The notes: generated from the sequence alone by a model not told the origin. A DNA stretch of 49,684 nt from an uncultured Candidatus Poseidoniales archaeon (GCA_964556195.1 CAZKVK010000002.1:5054-54737); one strand, 5' to 3'. Positions 40,131 through 49,684 are shown, numbered from the stretch's first letter. Made by a program: numbers and translations.

Positions 40131-40145
40131 CCCCTATGGGGTCAA
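40127..40145. terminator. TTGACCCC-TAT-GGGGTCAA perfect hairpin overlapping the stop codon
   Basis: 8-bp stem, 3-nt loop; includes TGA 40128-40130. Confidence 0.4.
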
Positions 40146-40182
40146 ACTGATAGACGAGAGTCTCTAGGGTTCGATTGAGAAT

Positions 40183-40431
40183 ATGTCGAGATTTCATGGA
40201 TTCCGAACCTGCAATGTCTGCGATGAAGGCTGCACACCAGGTAATTTTGTTGACCACGAAGGAAAGAGGTTCTGTACCGCATGTTGGATTGAAAAGGAAA
40301 ATCCCAAGCACGATGGACTTGCAGAAATCAGAGCCGCAAACCGAGAGGCTGCGGCAAAGTGGAAACGACAGAAATACAGTCGGGGAGAAGGGCCATTACC
40401 AAATGGGCCGATGTCATCTAGGAAAGATTGA
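40183..40431 (+). CDS. Small CxxC...CxxC zinc-finger protein (82 aa)
   Basis: CNVC-x17-CTAC plus basic tail; fills the gap and ends 9 nt before the M3 peptidase. Confidence 0.7.
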   Translation: MSRFHGFRTCNVCDEGCTPGNFVDHEGKRFCTACWIEKENPKHDGLAEIRAANREAAAKWKRQKYSRGEGPLPNGPMSSRKD

Positions 40432-40440
40432 GGGGGACAG

Positions 40441-42123
40441 ATGAGTTTCGTTCCAGATAACCTAGATGGTTCATGTTGGGAATCCATCGAACCATACATG
40501 AATGACTTACGAGACCGTAAACTAAGTTGCTCAAATTGTCTAGAAGCTTTCATCGCTGACAGATCTAGTCTATCCGAAGTTATCTCGGAAGCCAGAGCAA
40601 GACTCTACATCGATATGACTTGCCACACAGATGACGAAGACATACAAAAGTCTTGGATGGAATTCGTAGAAAATGTTCAACCTAAACTATCAGAGTACAG
40701 CGACATCCTGAATCGTCGTCTCGTCGAACACAAGGCCGTCGATGAATTACCCGATAGATTCGATATTTTGGTTAAGGGCCTAAAGACAGATATCGAAATT
40801 TTCCGTGAGGAGAATATACAACTTAGCACACAGGCAACAAAACTCGTAACGGAATACAATGAAATTTGTGGTGCGCAAATGGTAGAATTTGATGGAGAGC
40901 AGAAGACATTTGCTCAGATGGCGATTTACTTTGAAAATACAGATCGGTCAATTCGTGAGGCGGCTTGGAAAACAGTCTCTGAGAGGCGATTTGAAGACAA
41001 TGAGAGAGTTTCAGAGATCTACGACGAACTGATTCAGATTCGTCATAAAATTGCCACAAATGCAGGTTTTGAAGGCTATCAACAGTATATGTTCGCCTCT
41101 ATGCACCGATTCGATTACAGCATCGAAGATTGTTTGGAATTCCATGACTCAATCGAATCGGTCTGCCAACCATTGCGCCACCGAACAGATGAGGAAAGGA
41201 TGCAGGATTTGGGGCTTGATTCGTTAAGACCGTGGGACATGGGTGTCGATGTGAAAGGACGTCCTCCTCTTCAGCCATTCAATGATGTCCAAGAAATGGT
41301 AGATGGTTGCTCCCGAATATTTCACAAAATGTCTGCAGAACTTGGGAATTACTTCGATCAACTCGATGCTAATGACTGCCTAGATTTGGATAGCAGGAAG
41401 GGAAAAGCACCTGGCGGATACCAGTATTATTTGCAAAAGAGTAGAATGCCATTTATTTTCATGAATGCGGCCGGGACTCAACGAAATGTAGAAACAATGA
41501 TTCACGAAGCCGGCCACGCTTTCCATTCATTCTATTCTGGTAACTTAGACCTAATTCATGAGAGGGATTCTCCAATTGAATTCGCAGAAGTAGCCAGCAT
41601 GTCAATGGAACTTCTAACGCACCCTCATTGGGAGGAATTCTATGATGATAAGGATGCAGATAGAGCTAGACGGAAGCACCTAGAAGACATCATTTCCTTC
41701 ATGCCATGGATGGCTACGATCGACGCCTTCCAACATTGGATTTACGCGAATCCGAATCACTCCAGAGAAGAGCGAGCTGAGAAGTGGCTGGAACTAGGAG
41801 ATCGTTTTGGAGCTAAAATAGATATGACTGGTTTTGAGGATATTCACAAAGTTTCTTGGCAACGTCAAGGACATCTCTTCGGAGTACCTTTCTATTATGT
41901 TGAATATGGTATTGCACAACTCGGTGCACTACAAATGTGGAAGTATCACCGAAGGGACACAGAAGACGCACTTACACGATACAAAGCGGGCCTTTCATTG
42001 GGCTACACTAGAGGCCTTACCGAATTGTTTGAGGCAAGTGGATTGGAACTATCCTTTTCCGAATCCTACGTCGGCGGACTCATCGGTGAAATCGATGAAG
42101 CTCTAGCAGAATTACCAGCATAA
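40441..42123 (+). CDS. M3 family oligoendopeptidase (PepF-like)
   Basis: RKGKAPGGY, HEAGHAFH, EFAEVASMSME and PFYYVEYGIAQ motifs. Confidence 0.94.
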   Translation: MSFVPDNLDGSCWESIEPYMNDLRDRKLSCSNCLEAFIADRSSLSEVISEARARLYIDMTCHTDDEDIQKSWMEFVENVQPKLSEYSDILNRRLVEHKAVDELPDRFDILVKGLKTDIEIFREENIQLSTQATKLVTEYNEICGAQMVEFDGEQKTFAQMAIYFENTDRSIREAAWKTVSERRFEDNERVSEIYDELIQIRHKIATNAGFEGYQQYMFASMHRFDYSIEDCLEFHDSIESVCQPLRHRTDEERMQDLGLDSLRPWDMGVDVKGRPPLQPFNDVQEMVDGCSRIFHKMSAELGNYFDQLDANDCLDLDSRKGKAPGGYQYYLQKSRMPFIFMNAAGTQRNVETMIHEAGHAFHSFYSGNLDLIHERDSPIEFAEVASMSMELLTHPHWEEFYDDKDADRARRKHLEDIISFMPWMATIDAFQHWIYANPNHSREERAEKWLELGDRFGAKIDMTGFEDIHKVSWQRQGHLFGVPFYYVEYGIAQLGALQMWKYHRRDTEDALTRYKAGLSLGYTRGLTELFEASGLELSFSESYVGGLIGEIDEALAELPA

Positions 42124-42138
42124 CTTCACGCTCGGACC

Positions 42139-42176
42139 CCGAGGGCCTCTCAGGAATCAATCCCTGAGACCCTCGG
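42139..42176. terminator. 14-bp bulged hairpin between the convergent M3 peptidase and radA genes
   Basis: CCGAGGG-CC-TCTCAGG / AATCAATC loop / CCTGAGA-CCCTCGG; the radA stop codon lies in the loop. Confidence 0.5.
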
Positions 42177-43164
42177 CAGTCACGGTGAACACAGCCTCTC
42201 CCTCAGGTAGGTTGGGGCTGTCAACTAGGCGGGCAATTCTTCGGCCGCCCTTTGACTTCCTGAGGTAGAGACGAAAAGTACTGGCGTGACCAACAATATG
42301 GCCTCCAATGGCCTTGGTTGGGTCCCCCCACATAGCATCTGGCTTCGACATGACTTGGTTAGTCACCAAAACCAAAGCATTGTGAACATCTGATAATTGC
42401 TTGAGTTCTTTCAAATGTCTATTGAGTTTCTGTTGTCTTGGAGCTAACATCCCTCGTCCAACATATTCGGCTCGGAAATGACTGGTAAGAGAATCTACGA
42501 TAATCAGCTTGACATCAATATTCTTGGAGAGTTTCTTAATCTCGTCTACTAGTAACATCTGATGAGCAGAATTGTATGCACGTGCTACGTGTATCCTGTC
42601 AAGAACCGCGTTGGGATCTAAGCCGACGGCTTCTGCCATCTGGGCAATTCTTTCTGGGCGGAAGGTGTCTTCGGTGTCAATATAGAAAATCTCGCCATCG
42701 AATCCACCTTGCTCAATAGGCAGAATTGTATTGACGGCTAATTGGTGACCGATTTGCGTCTTTCCGCTTCCGAACTCACCATACACCTCAACGATTGCTT
42801 GGGTTTCAAATCCACCACCAAGTAATTCGTCTAGTGCAGCAGATCCTGAGGTTAACTTCTGTACCTCTCTGCGGCGCTCTAAGAGTTTGTTTCCTGAGAT
42901 GAATCCACCAATATTTGCCATCTTCTTGGCGCCTTGAATGATTTTAGACGAGACTGCTTCACCCAATTCAGCCTGCTCGGCTAGTTCATTGGGGCTCATT
43001 ACTGCGATTGCAAGTAATTCTTCGAACCCTGCTTCGCGCAGTTTTTCCGCAGTCGCGGGACCCACACCAGGCAAATCATCTATGGTTGCCTGCTCTTCAT
43101 CTGCATCTATCACTATGGAGCCATCTTCTTCGTCTAACTTCTCACTTGCTGTCTTGTCGGCCAT
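42157..43164 (-). CDS. radA: DNA recombinase RadA
   Basis: N-terminal Hh[39 protein letters not shown] and RIARLVDSP; GGTGA RBS before ATG 43164; no intein. Confidence 0.98.
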   Translation of the reverse strand: MADKTASEKLDEEDGSIVIDADEEQATIDDLPGVGPATAEKLREAGFEELLAIAVMSPNELAEQAELGEAVSSKIIQGAKKMANIGGFISGNKLLERRREVQKLTSGSAALDELLGGGFETQAIVEVYGEFGSGKTQIGHQLAVNTILPIEQGGFDGEIFYIDTEDTFRPERIAQMAEAVGLDPNAVLDRIHVARAYNSAHQMLLVDEIKKLSKNIDVKLIIVDSLTSHFRAEYVGRGMLAPRQQKLNRHLKELKQLSDVHNALVLVTNQVMSKPDAMWGDPTKAIGGHIVGHASTFRLYLRKSKGGRRIARLVDSPNLPEGEAVFTVTAEGLRD

Positions 43165-43339
43165 CTTTCTCACCTGTCCTTCACTAGCCCTCAGAGTTAG
43201 ACGGTATATGAACAACCGAAGGACCCCTTTTGCATTATTGAAAGTGATTTCTGAATCAATAGGCTTGCAATGTCACTATTTTTCACTTTCAGTTTTCATT
43301 TATTTTCTAACATTACAATACACTTACTTGCTATGAAAT

Positions 43340-43417
43340 TGGTAGCGAGTGGTGGATTTGAACCACCGGTCTCCGGGTTATGAGCCCGACGAGATAACCT
43401 GGCTACTCCAACTCGCT
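43340..43417 (-). tRNA. Initiator tRNA-Met (CAT)
   Basis: AGCGAGT/ACTCGCT acceptor stem with A1-U72, three consecutive G-C pairs (GGG/CCC) around CT-CAT-AA, TTCAAAT T-loop, encoded CCA. Confidence 0.96.
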
Positions 43418-43526
43418 GCCCACCGCTCAAGCATTGGTTATTTGAAGCGAGCGGGAAGGCATAATTCCGATTCTGAGATGGGAACAGTCTTGAGATGTCA
43501 GCATTCCGACAGCATCTGAACCAACC

Positions 43527-44879
43527 ATGGAAGGCAATGTCCTGATTCAGAATGCCTCTCTTGTTTTGGCAAATCACATTGTGGAGGGAGACCTACGAGT
43601 AGCGAATGGTTCCATCCACAAAGTAGCAGAGGGAGGTGGTTTGGAAGCCACTAACGGCGAACGGGTTATCGATGCTACAGGACTGCATCTTCTTCCGGGT
43701 GCAATCGACCCACACGTTCATTTCAGAGAGCCTGGTAATACCGAAAAAGAAGATTTGCAAAGTGGAAGCCGGGCGGCTGCATCTGGAGGAGTTACCGCAT
43801 TCTTGGATATGCCAAACAATGTACCCAATGCAACAAACCGCACAACTATTGAAGCAAAGATCGCCCTTGCTGGTCAAAAGGCGGTAACCCATCATGGGTT
43901 CTTTGTTGGTGCGACAAAAGACAATGTCAGTGATCTACAAGATGTAGAAGGAATGGATGGGGTTTGCGGAATCAAGATATTCATGGGAAGTAGTACCGGA
44001 GATTTACTGGTTCATGAACAAAAGGATTTGGAAAATATATTCGCAAACACAGGCGGAATAATTGCAACACACGCTGAAGATGAAGATCGACTTCAACAAC
44101 GTATTGCAGAGTTCGGAAATCAAACAGACATCAGATTACATGCTGAATGTCGAGATGTAGAATGTGCTTTCTTAGCAACAAAGAGGGCTGCGGCACTATC
44201 CAAAGATCATGATCATCGCCTACACATAGTTCACTTAACCAGCGCAACCGAAGCTGACTGGTTATACAAAAACAAAGGGGACCTCATCACTACCGAAGTT
44301 TGCACTCAACACCTTACTTTCGACCAAGATGATGTCGAATCTCTAGGTGTTAGGGCTCTAATGAATCCTCCAATTCGCTATACTGAGGACCGAGACACTC
44401 TATGGAAGCGACTCAAGGATGGTACAATTGATTGTGTTGTAACCGACCACGCGCCTCACACTTTGGAAGCAAAATCCGTAGGGTACCCAAACGCCCCTGC
44501 AGGTATGCCAGGCGTTGAGACGTCCCTACCATTGATGCTTACACACGCAATTAATGGAAAGTGTAGCATCATGGATGTTGCAAATTGGATGTGTTCTGGC
44601 CCTGCAAGAGTCTACGGTATGCAAAACAAAGGTTCGCTTATCGAAGGATATGACGGTGATTTGACCTTGGTTGATTTGGATAATTACCAAACGATAACTG
44701 ATGCGGATACTTGGACCAAAGTTGCCTGGACACCATACGCAGGTATGGAGCTAACAGGGTGGCCAATGTACACCATAGTTGATGGTAACTTGGTCCACAA
44801 GCGCGAGGCTGGTGGCCCCCTAAGGGGCACACCTATTGCCAAGCCAGGAAGCACTGGTAGAGTTCTGAAATTCAACTAA
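43527..44879 (+). CDS. pyrC: Dihydroorotase (cyclic amidohydrolase family)
   Basis: DPHVHFREPG, DMPN, KIFMGSSTG, HAED, MNPPIR and TDHAPH motifs. Confidence 0.85.
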   Translation: MEGNVLIQNASLVLANHIVEGDLRVANGSIHKVAEGGGLEATNGERVIDATGLHLLPGAIDPHVHFREPGNTEKEDLQSGSRAAASGGVTAFLDMPNNVPNATNRTTIEAKIALAGQKAVTHHGFFVGATKDNVSDLQDVEGMDGVCGIKIFMGSSTGDLLVHEQKDLENIFANTGGIIATHAEDEDRLQQRIAEFGNQTDIRLHAECRDVECAFLATKRAAALSKDHDHRLHIVHLTSATEADWLYKNKGDLITTEVCTQHLTFDQDDVESLGVRALMNPPIRYTEDRDTLWKRLKDGTIDCVVTDHAPHTLEAKSVGYPNAPAGMPGVETSLPLMLTHAINGKCSIMDVANWMCSGPARVYGMQNKGSLIEGYDGDLTLVDLDNYQTITDADTWTKVAWTPYAGMELTGWPMYTIVDGNLVHKREAGGPLRGTPIAKPGSTGRVLKFN

Positions 44880-47251
44880 TTTGATTCTGAGTCCACCGAT
44901 CCATCATCGGAACCTTGGGATTCAGATTCTTCAACACCATCTTCTTCGTAGTAATACCAATCAGGCATTTCATGACCTGGAATTTCCAATTCTTGGATTG
45001 GGTTTAGATCAGAAGTGCTGTGAATAGTTACTCCAAGAGCTGAGAAAGCGTAGACATAGTCTCCCATGAAGATTGAACGCCGAATGCTGGTAGAGTAAGA
45101 GAACCACCAATATGCATCTGCATCGTCGTTATTGTAGAACGGGGAATGGTCAACTTCTCCGTGTTCGGAAAGACTCAGGTTCTCTGCATCTACGTTGACC
45201 AATTTCAGCATAGAGACATACTCGTAGCCGCCGTATCCTCCATCTTCCTCGTAGACATATCGGTATGTGGAAAGAGGTACTGCGAGCATATTCTCAGGAG
45301 CCCAGTAGGTGAATGCCTTGTGCTCATATGTAGCTTCTGACCATGACCATGACCAACCACATGTTCGAACATCATCGCAGTTCTCGTCTGTGTATGCAGG
45401 AGAAAGAGGTAGCGAATCTGCCAGAGTTGGATTAGTTGGATCACTGACATCGAAAAGTGATACCTGAGTCATAGACCAGTCCAATCCTAATCCATCTTCA
45501 CCCGGTCCAATGCCGATTGTAAGTAGGGTATTTTCATCCACAGGATGAATGTAAGTCGAGACTCCAGGAACTTCCAATTCTCCAAGAATGGTCGGATTGG
45601 TTGGGTCTGAAAGATCGATTACCCATAGTGGGTCAATGGTTTCGAAGGTTACAAGGTATCCTCTCTCACCTATGAAACGGGCACTCCAAATTGTCTCTCC
45701 TGGAGCGATGCCATCGACTTTACCGACCTCTTCTAGAGTGACCTGCCCATCGTGTTGTAGAACGGTAACTCCGTTGGTTGGACCATCGAAGACTAGTTCT
45801 CCGGTTTCTGGGTCAACCTCGTCAATTAGCCACCATCGGCCCCAAATATCCGAGGTAGTTGCTATTCTGATTGAACCGTCATATTCAGACATAGAGAATT
45901 GGTCCTGGACAGTTCCATCTACGCGACCTGATCCTAGGTAGCTGGTTGTTGTCGTATCTGAGATATCGAAAGCGTGGATATTTGTTGCATCATCAAAATC
46001 TGTGTTTTGCCAGAACCACCACCAATCGTTAGCAGGTTCTGCAAGGATTAGCATATCTTGTGAGGCATATACATGTACCCAAGAGGAAGCGATGTGATCG
46101 ACTTCCATCTCAACATCTGAGTCCAATAATTGGAAAGTGATGATTGAGGTGAATCCCTTGGAGACACTGTCAGTGCTGGCAGCGAATTCTGAACAATCCT
46201 CGGATGTTATTGGAAGGGATGAGATTCCCGAATCTGTCATTTCGTACATCTGAGGAGCGAAATCTGCTAGGGTTAGTCCATTGATTACATCTTGATTGTG
46301 CTGGATTGTCTCTTGTAGATGATATTCCCATGCTGCAATTCTATCGTCTTCGTTTTCTATTTCCCAATAATCGCTAGGTAGGTCAACCCAGTATCGTAGT
46401 CCATCGAAGTTGGCGTAGTTGTGGGTGACCGAGCGGACTGTGCCATCGACCATTCGTGCGGTGTGGTAGTAACCCTCAATGTACAATTCACGATCTACTT
46501 CAGGAGCAGTTCTGTCGGTGATATCGACTATTGTGTACTTCACTAGGTTCTGAGTGCGATAATAGGTATAGGACTCCTTACCATCACCCCATTGGACCTC
46601 CTCGATTAGAAGGTCGCGAAGAGGATGGTCTTCGGGGAGATTCCAAGCATAAATCATCGAAGCGATGACAAGTTTGTCTCCGTCAATCATCATTTGCAGT
46701 GGGCTACCTTCGATTTCCATCTCTGATGAAAGCCCGATTTGACCAAACTCTGGAACGTCCATGATAACCAGACTCTGACCGTTTAACATGTAAATGTGGA
46801 ATCCATCTGTCTTGAGGAAGTCCGCCTCATCAACACCAACTTCCTGATTATTTGTTCCTGAGAATTCCCCTTCTCGGGATGTTGAACCTGAATTAGACCC
46901 CGAATCGTCTGCCGCCGACTCTGCTACAGCAACGTCTCCGTCAAACATTACTCCCCCTTCTCTCCACATCCATGGGCCACCTATCCAGTGGTAGTAGGAT
47001 TCCTGATCTAATCGTACTAACATTTCATCGAACAGAGAGTTCCTGAGGTCCAGCAACAAGGCATCACATTCGTCATATGTTTGCAAAGTTGGTTGGCTTC
47101 GAGTCCTCTCTGGAAGATCTAACTTTGGATAATCTTCTACGATAATTTCGATTGTTCGATCTAGTTCATCTTCAATGTCTTCAATTGCACCGAGGCACCC
47201 AGATGTTAGCATCATTGCGAGCACAAGAATGGCAGCGTTTCGTTGCGTCAT
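44876..47251 (-). CDS. Secreted beta-propeller-domain lipoprotein
   Basis: Lipobox-like LTSGCLG; SGTNNQEVGVDEADFLKTDG, DQFSMSEY..IRIATT, GETIWSARF and DPLWVIDLSDP motifs of the Beta_propel family. Confidence 0.85.
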   Translation of the reverse strand: MTQRNAAILVLAMMLTSGCLGAIEDIEDELDRTIEIIVEDYPKLDLPERTRSQPTLQTYDECDALLLDLRNSLFDEMLVRLDQESYYHWIGGPWMWREGGVMFDGDVAVAESAADDSGSNSGSTSREGEFSGTNNQEVGVDEADFLKTDGFHIYMLNGQSLVIMDVPEFGQIGLSSEMEIEGSPLQMMIDGDKLVIASMIYAWNLPEDHPLRDLLIEEVQWGDGKESYTYYRTQNLVKYTIVDITDRTAPEVDRELYIEGYYHTARMVDGTVRSVTHNYANFDGLRYWVDLPSDYWEIENEDDRIAAWEYHLQETIQHNQDVINGLTLADFAPQMYEMTDSGISSLPITSEDCSEFAASTDSVSKGFTSIITFQLLDSDVEMEVDHIASSWVHVYASQDMLILAEPANDWWWFWQNTDFDDATNIHAFDISDTTTTSYLGSGRVDGTVQDQFSMSEYDGSIRIATTSDIWGRWWLIDEVDPETGELVFDGPTNGVTVLQHDGQVTLEEVGKVDGIAPGETIWSARFIGERGYLVTFETIDPLWVIDLSDPTNPTILGELEVPGVSTYIHPVDENTLLTIGIGPGEDGLGLDWSMTQVSLFDVSDPTNPTLADSLPLSPAYTDENCDDVRTCGWSWSWSEATYEHKAFTYWAPENMLAVPLSTYRYVYEEDGGYGGYEYVSMLKLVNVDAENLSLSEHGEVDHSPFYNNDDADAYWWFSYSTSIRRSIFMGDYVYAFSALGVTIHSTSDLNPIQELEIPGHEMPDWYYYEEDGVEESESQGSDDGSVDSESN

Positions 47252-47306
47252 GTAAATCCGGAATTGAGTTTTAGATATCAAGCGGTTGGTTCATTGATTT
47301 GACAAA

Positions 47307-47507
47307 TCAATAATCCAAGGATGGACCAACATTGTTCGGATTTCCTAGATTCAACTCAATTGATGGGGCGGGATCATCTGTATCATCCTCATCAATTTCC
47401 TGGGCTTTCGTCTCTTCAGCTACGCCCACCTCCAATACGGAGGCTAGGCCTCCTGCGCCGACCATGAAAATCAGCGCAGCAAAATGCATGTCCGCGTTAT
47501 AGGTCAT
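47307..47507 (-). CDS. Small single-TM protein with acidic tail (66 aa)
   Basis: Hydrophobic helix then a D/E-rich tail; co-oriented with both neighbours; CTTAAG about 30 nt upstream. Confidence 0.55.
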   Translation of the reverse strand: MTYNADMHFAALIFMVGAGGLASVLEVGVAEETKAQEIDEDDTDDPAPSIELNLGNPNNVGPSLDY

Positions 47508-47642
47508 CAAACGGACCTCATTGTGGTCTTCGACTTAAGCAACTTCCATTCCTGCATCAAAGCCACTTCACCTCTATTCGTAGGACTGCGGGGCTGTGGT
47601 AAAGTGGTTTCCGGAATGCGGAGAAGTGCGCCGAAATCTGGC

Positions 47643-48491
47643 TTAACCGGCGGCCTCAAGTCGAGCAACATCACGACTGTTGATGAGGGCTGCTAATCCG
47701 ACGGATGAGAGACGCCAATTTGGCCTTCGAGAATCACTTGCTGCCTCAACGAGTTCTGATGACCTCAACTCCGATAGATGGTGGCTCAACAATTGTCGGG
47801 AAATCTGCAACTTGGTTCGAATTTCACTTCCCTTCAAGCCTAGTTGGCCGGAATCCGACAATACCTCAAGAATCGCTAGGCGTGTTCCAGCAATCGGGTT
47901 GCGGATTCTGCTCAATTCCTCCTTAGTCAGGCTTGATACTGCGTAGCGGCGAAGTTTTCCATCTCTCCATGAAATAACCTCGCCTTGACCCTCAAGGGTG
48001 TGAAGGTGGTACGCTGAGACACCATTTGCTAGGCCTAAGGCATCTCTAAGCGCAGAGAAGTGGATTCCTGCATTCGCCTCTAGGTAACCTAGGATTCGAC
48101 CGCGGGTTAGCATATCATCCCGATTTGCTTTCATCCTAGCCAATAGCGGGGTAGCGAGGGCAATCAGGACAGTGACCCGCATCGCCTCAAACAAAAACGA
48201 ACCCAAAGCGAGTGAACCGAGAGCTGCGCCCCCTCCAGCGACTAAGCTTGTCGGAAGATCATAGACGAAACCGTCGCTTTCCTCCTCTCCGCCACCTCGT
48301 CTAAGTTCGGGAGAATCGTCATCTCCACCTTGTTCCTCTGTAGATGCAGGGAGGGCATCTGTATCTCCGAATAGAAGCTGTTTATCGTCCTCAATTTCTT
48401 GAGTCGGTGCCTCATTTAGCATCCATCCTCCGGCCAATAAGGCCAGCACCGCAATTAGCGTGTAGGCCCTAACTGCGGACACTCCGTCCAT
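47643..48491 (-). CDS. Membrane-anchored transcriptional regulator with two winged-HTH (ArsR-like) domains
   Basis: Two hydrophobic segments, then RGRILGYLEANAGIHFSAL...YHLHTLE and RLAILEVL...SRQLLSHHLSEL. Confidence 0.82.
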   Translation of the reverse strand: MDGVSAVRAYTLIAVLALLAGGWMLNEAPTQEIEDDKQLLFGDTDALPASTEEQGGDDDSPELRRGGGEEESDGFVYDLPTSLVAGGGAALGSLALGSFLFEAMRVTVLIALATPLLARMKANRDDMLTRGRILGYLEANAGIHFSALRDALGLANGVSAYHLHTLEGQGEVISWRDGKLRRYAVSSLTKEELSRIRNPIAGTRLAILEVLSDSGQLGLKGSEIRTKLQISRQLLSHHLSELRSSELVEAASDSRRPNWRLSSVGLAALINSRDVARLEAAG

Positions 48492-48592
48492 GATGAGGCG
48501 TGTGATAGGGAGAATAAGAGGCGCTTGGTTAGATGATTTGACATTCCGGAGCGGCTTTCAATAAGGGGGAGCGCCCTCAGGAGGTTGTAGAG

Positions 48593-49624
48593 ATGAGCGA
48601 AGCAGATGAGACTCAACCGGATGCTGATGAGCTACATGAGGAAGCAATGCTGACGGCCGCGCGTTCGGTTGTTCGAACCTGTATGCAAGTGAGATCTGTT
48701 GAGTCCGTGTTGATTCTAACAGACCCAGAGTCCTCAGAAGTTGGAAGAGCCCTCTACGAAGCAACCGCGAGAGTTACAGATAGAGTGCTAATGATGATGA
48801 TGCCACCAAGTCTACGAGAAGGGAATGAACCCCCTAATCCAGTAGCGGATCTAATGCGGCGACAGGATGTTGTATTGATGGCTACTAAGTACTCGCTTAC
48901 ACATACTCGCGCTAGGGCAAATGCATCTCGCGAAAATGTCCGAATTGCATCACTTCCAGGAATAGATTCTGAGACGTTTGCAACAGGAGGTATGACTGCA
49001 GATTACAATGCCTTGCAGAAGGAAATTTCTGGATTAAACTCGATCCTTCGCAGGAGGCGCGAAGTTCACGTCACTAGTGAATCAGGAACCGATCTCAAAT
49101 TCACTACGGGAGGACGCTGGATATTGGAAGATAATGGAATCTGTAATCGACCTGGGGCGATAACAAATCTACCTGCAGGAAAGGTTTTTGTTTTACCAAA
49201 AGAAGGTACTGCGAGCGGTAGAATCGTTATCGACGGATCTTGGGAAGGTGCGAAATTGGAAAAGCCAATCTCAATGTTGGTCGAAGATGGGATTGTCACA
49301 GATATCAGCGGGGACGAGACCGCAGAAAATATCTGGAAGCAACTAGAGGACGCTCGTTCCGGATTGAGGCCCTCGAAGGCAGCATTGGTTGGGAATCTTG
49401 CCGAATTTGGCTTTGGAATGAATCCCAGAGCCAAACTAATTGGTAATCCTCTGGAGGATTTGGTGACCAGAGGCGCGATTTACTTCGGTATCGGCAACAA
49501 CATGGCTCTGGGTGGGACTGTCAATGTCCCAATACACATCAGAGGTGTTTGTAGAAAAGCCAGTGTAGCGTTGGAAGATGTTGACCTACTAATCGAAGGT
49601 AAAGTGACTGCAAAGGTGAGATGA
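48593..49624 (+). CDS. M29/AmpT-like aminopeptidase homologue, probably catalytically degenerate
   Basis: SLTHTRAR, GTDLKF, NLPAG, GRIVIDGS, AEFGFGMNP and GGTVNVPIH motifs. Confidence 0.82.
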   Translation: MSEADETQPDADELHEEAMLTAARSVVRTCMQVRSVESVLILTDPESSEVGRALYEATARVTDRVLMMMMPPSLREGNEPPNPVADLMRRQDVVLMATKYSLTHTRARANASRENVRIASLPGIDSETFATGGMTADYNALQKEISGLNSILRRRREVHVTSESGTDLKFTTGGRWILEDNGICNRPGAITNLPAGKVFVLPKEGTASGRIVIDGSWEGAKLEKPISMLVEDGIVTDISGDETAENIWKQLEDARSGLRPSKAALVGNLAEFGFGMNPRAKLIGNPLEDLVTRGAIYFGIGNNMALGGTVNVPIHIRGVCRKASVALEDVDLLIEGKVTAKVR

Positions 49625-49684
49625 TGCGTGCGATTCTCTGGTGCAATGGAGATTCCCCGAACCTCACTATGATCAGCGAATTAC
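49621..49684 (+). CDS. 3'-truncated CDS, possibly thiamine diphosphokinase
   Basis: ATGA overlap with the upstream stop; MMRAILWCNGDSP resembles ThiN N-termini, but only 21 codons are visible. Confidence 0.4.
   Translation, partial: MMRAILWCNGDSPNLTMISEL

Noticed and set aside
40175-40553. Alternative ORFs 40175..40444 (+) and 40194..40553 (-)
   Set aside because: The 40183..40431 frame has an ATG start, paired CxxC motifs and no overlap with its neighbours.
43296-43577. 93-aa minus-strand ORF
   Set aside because: It runs through the initiator tRNA gene and overlaps the pyrC start.
44817-44827. CCCC-TAA-GGGG inside pyrC
   Set aside because: Only a 4-bp stem within coding sequence (GPLRG), plausible by chance, so it was left out of the hairpin family.

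Overview
Gene-dense, roughly mid-GC archaeal chromosome segment. RadA, Hel308-Cgi121, RpoK/Rpo6, an NFACT/Rqc2 protein and an archaeal initiator tRNA sit beside heme A synthesis genes, tryptophan dioxygenase, several peptidases and giant acidic surface proteins, which suggests Marine Group II (Ca. Poseidoniales); this placement is an inference. I call 36 CDSs and 2 tRNAs, and found no mobile element, CRISPR array or rRNA. Main finding: a gene missed by the ORF track (frame +1, <1..807) encodes a Gar1-like fragment fused to three RanBP2/ZRANB2-type zinc fingers in RG-rich sequence, a FUS/TAF15-like RNA-binding architecture. Other notable items: a furin/kexin-like membrane-anchored convertase, a long-form TDO, a TPR-TM-cyclophilin, an M29 peptidase homologue that has lost most metal ligands, an orphan HExxH protein, a recurrent TT[C/G]AAG promoter box 27-30 nt before start codons, and GC-rich hairpins at gene ends. 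All family calls come from motif recognition by eye, not from database searches.
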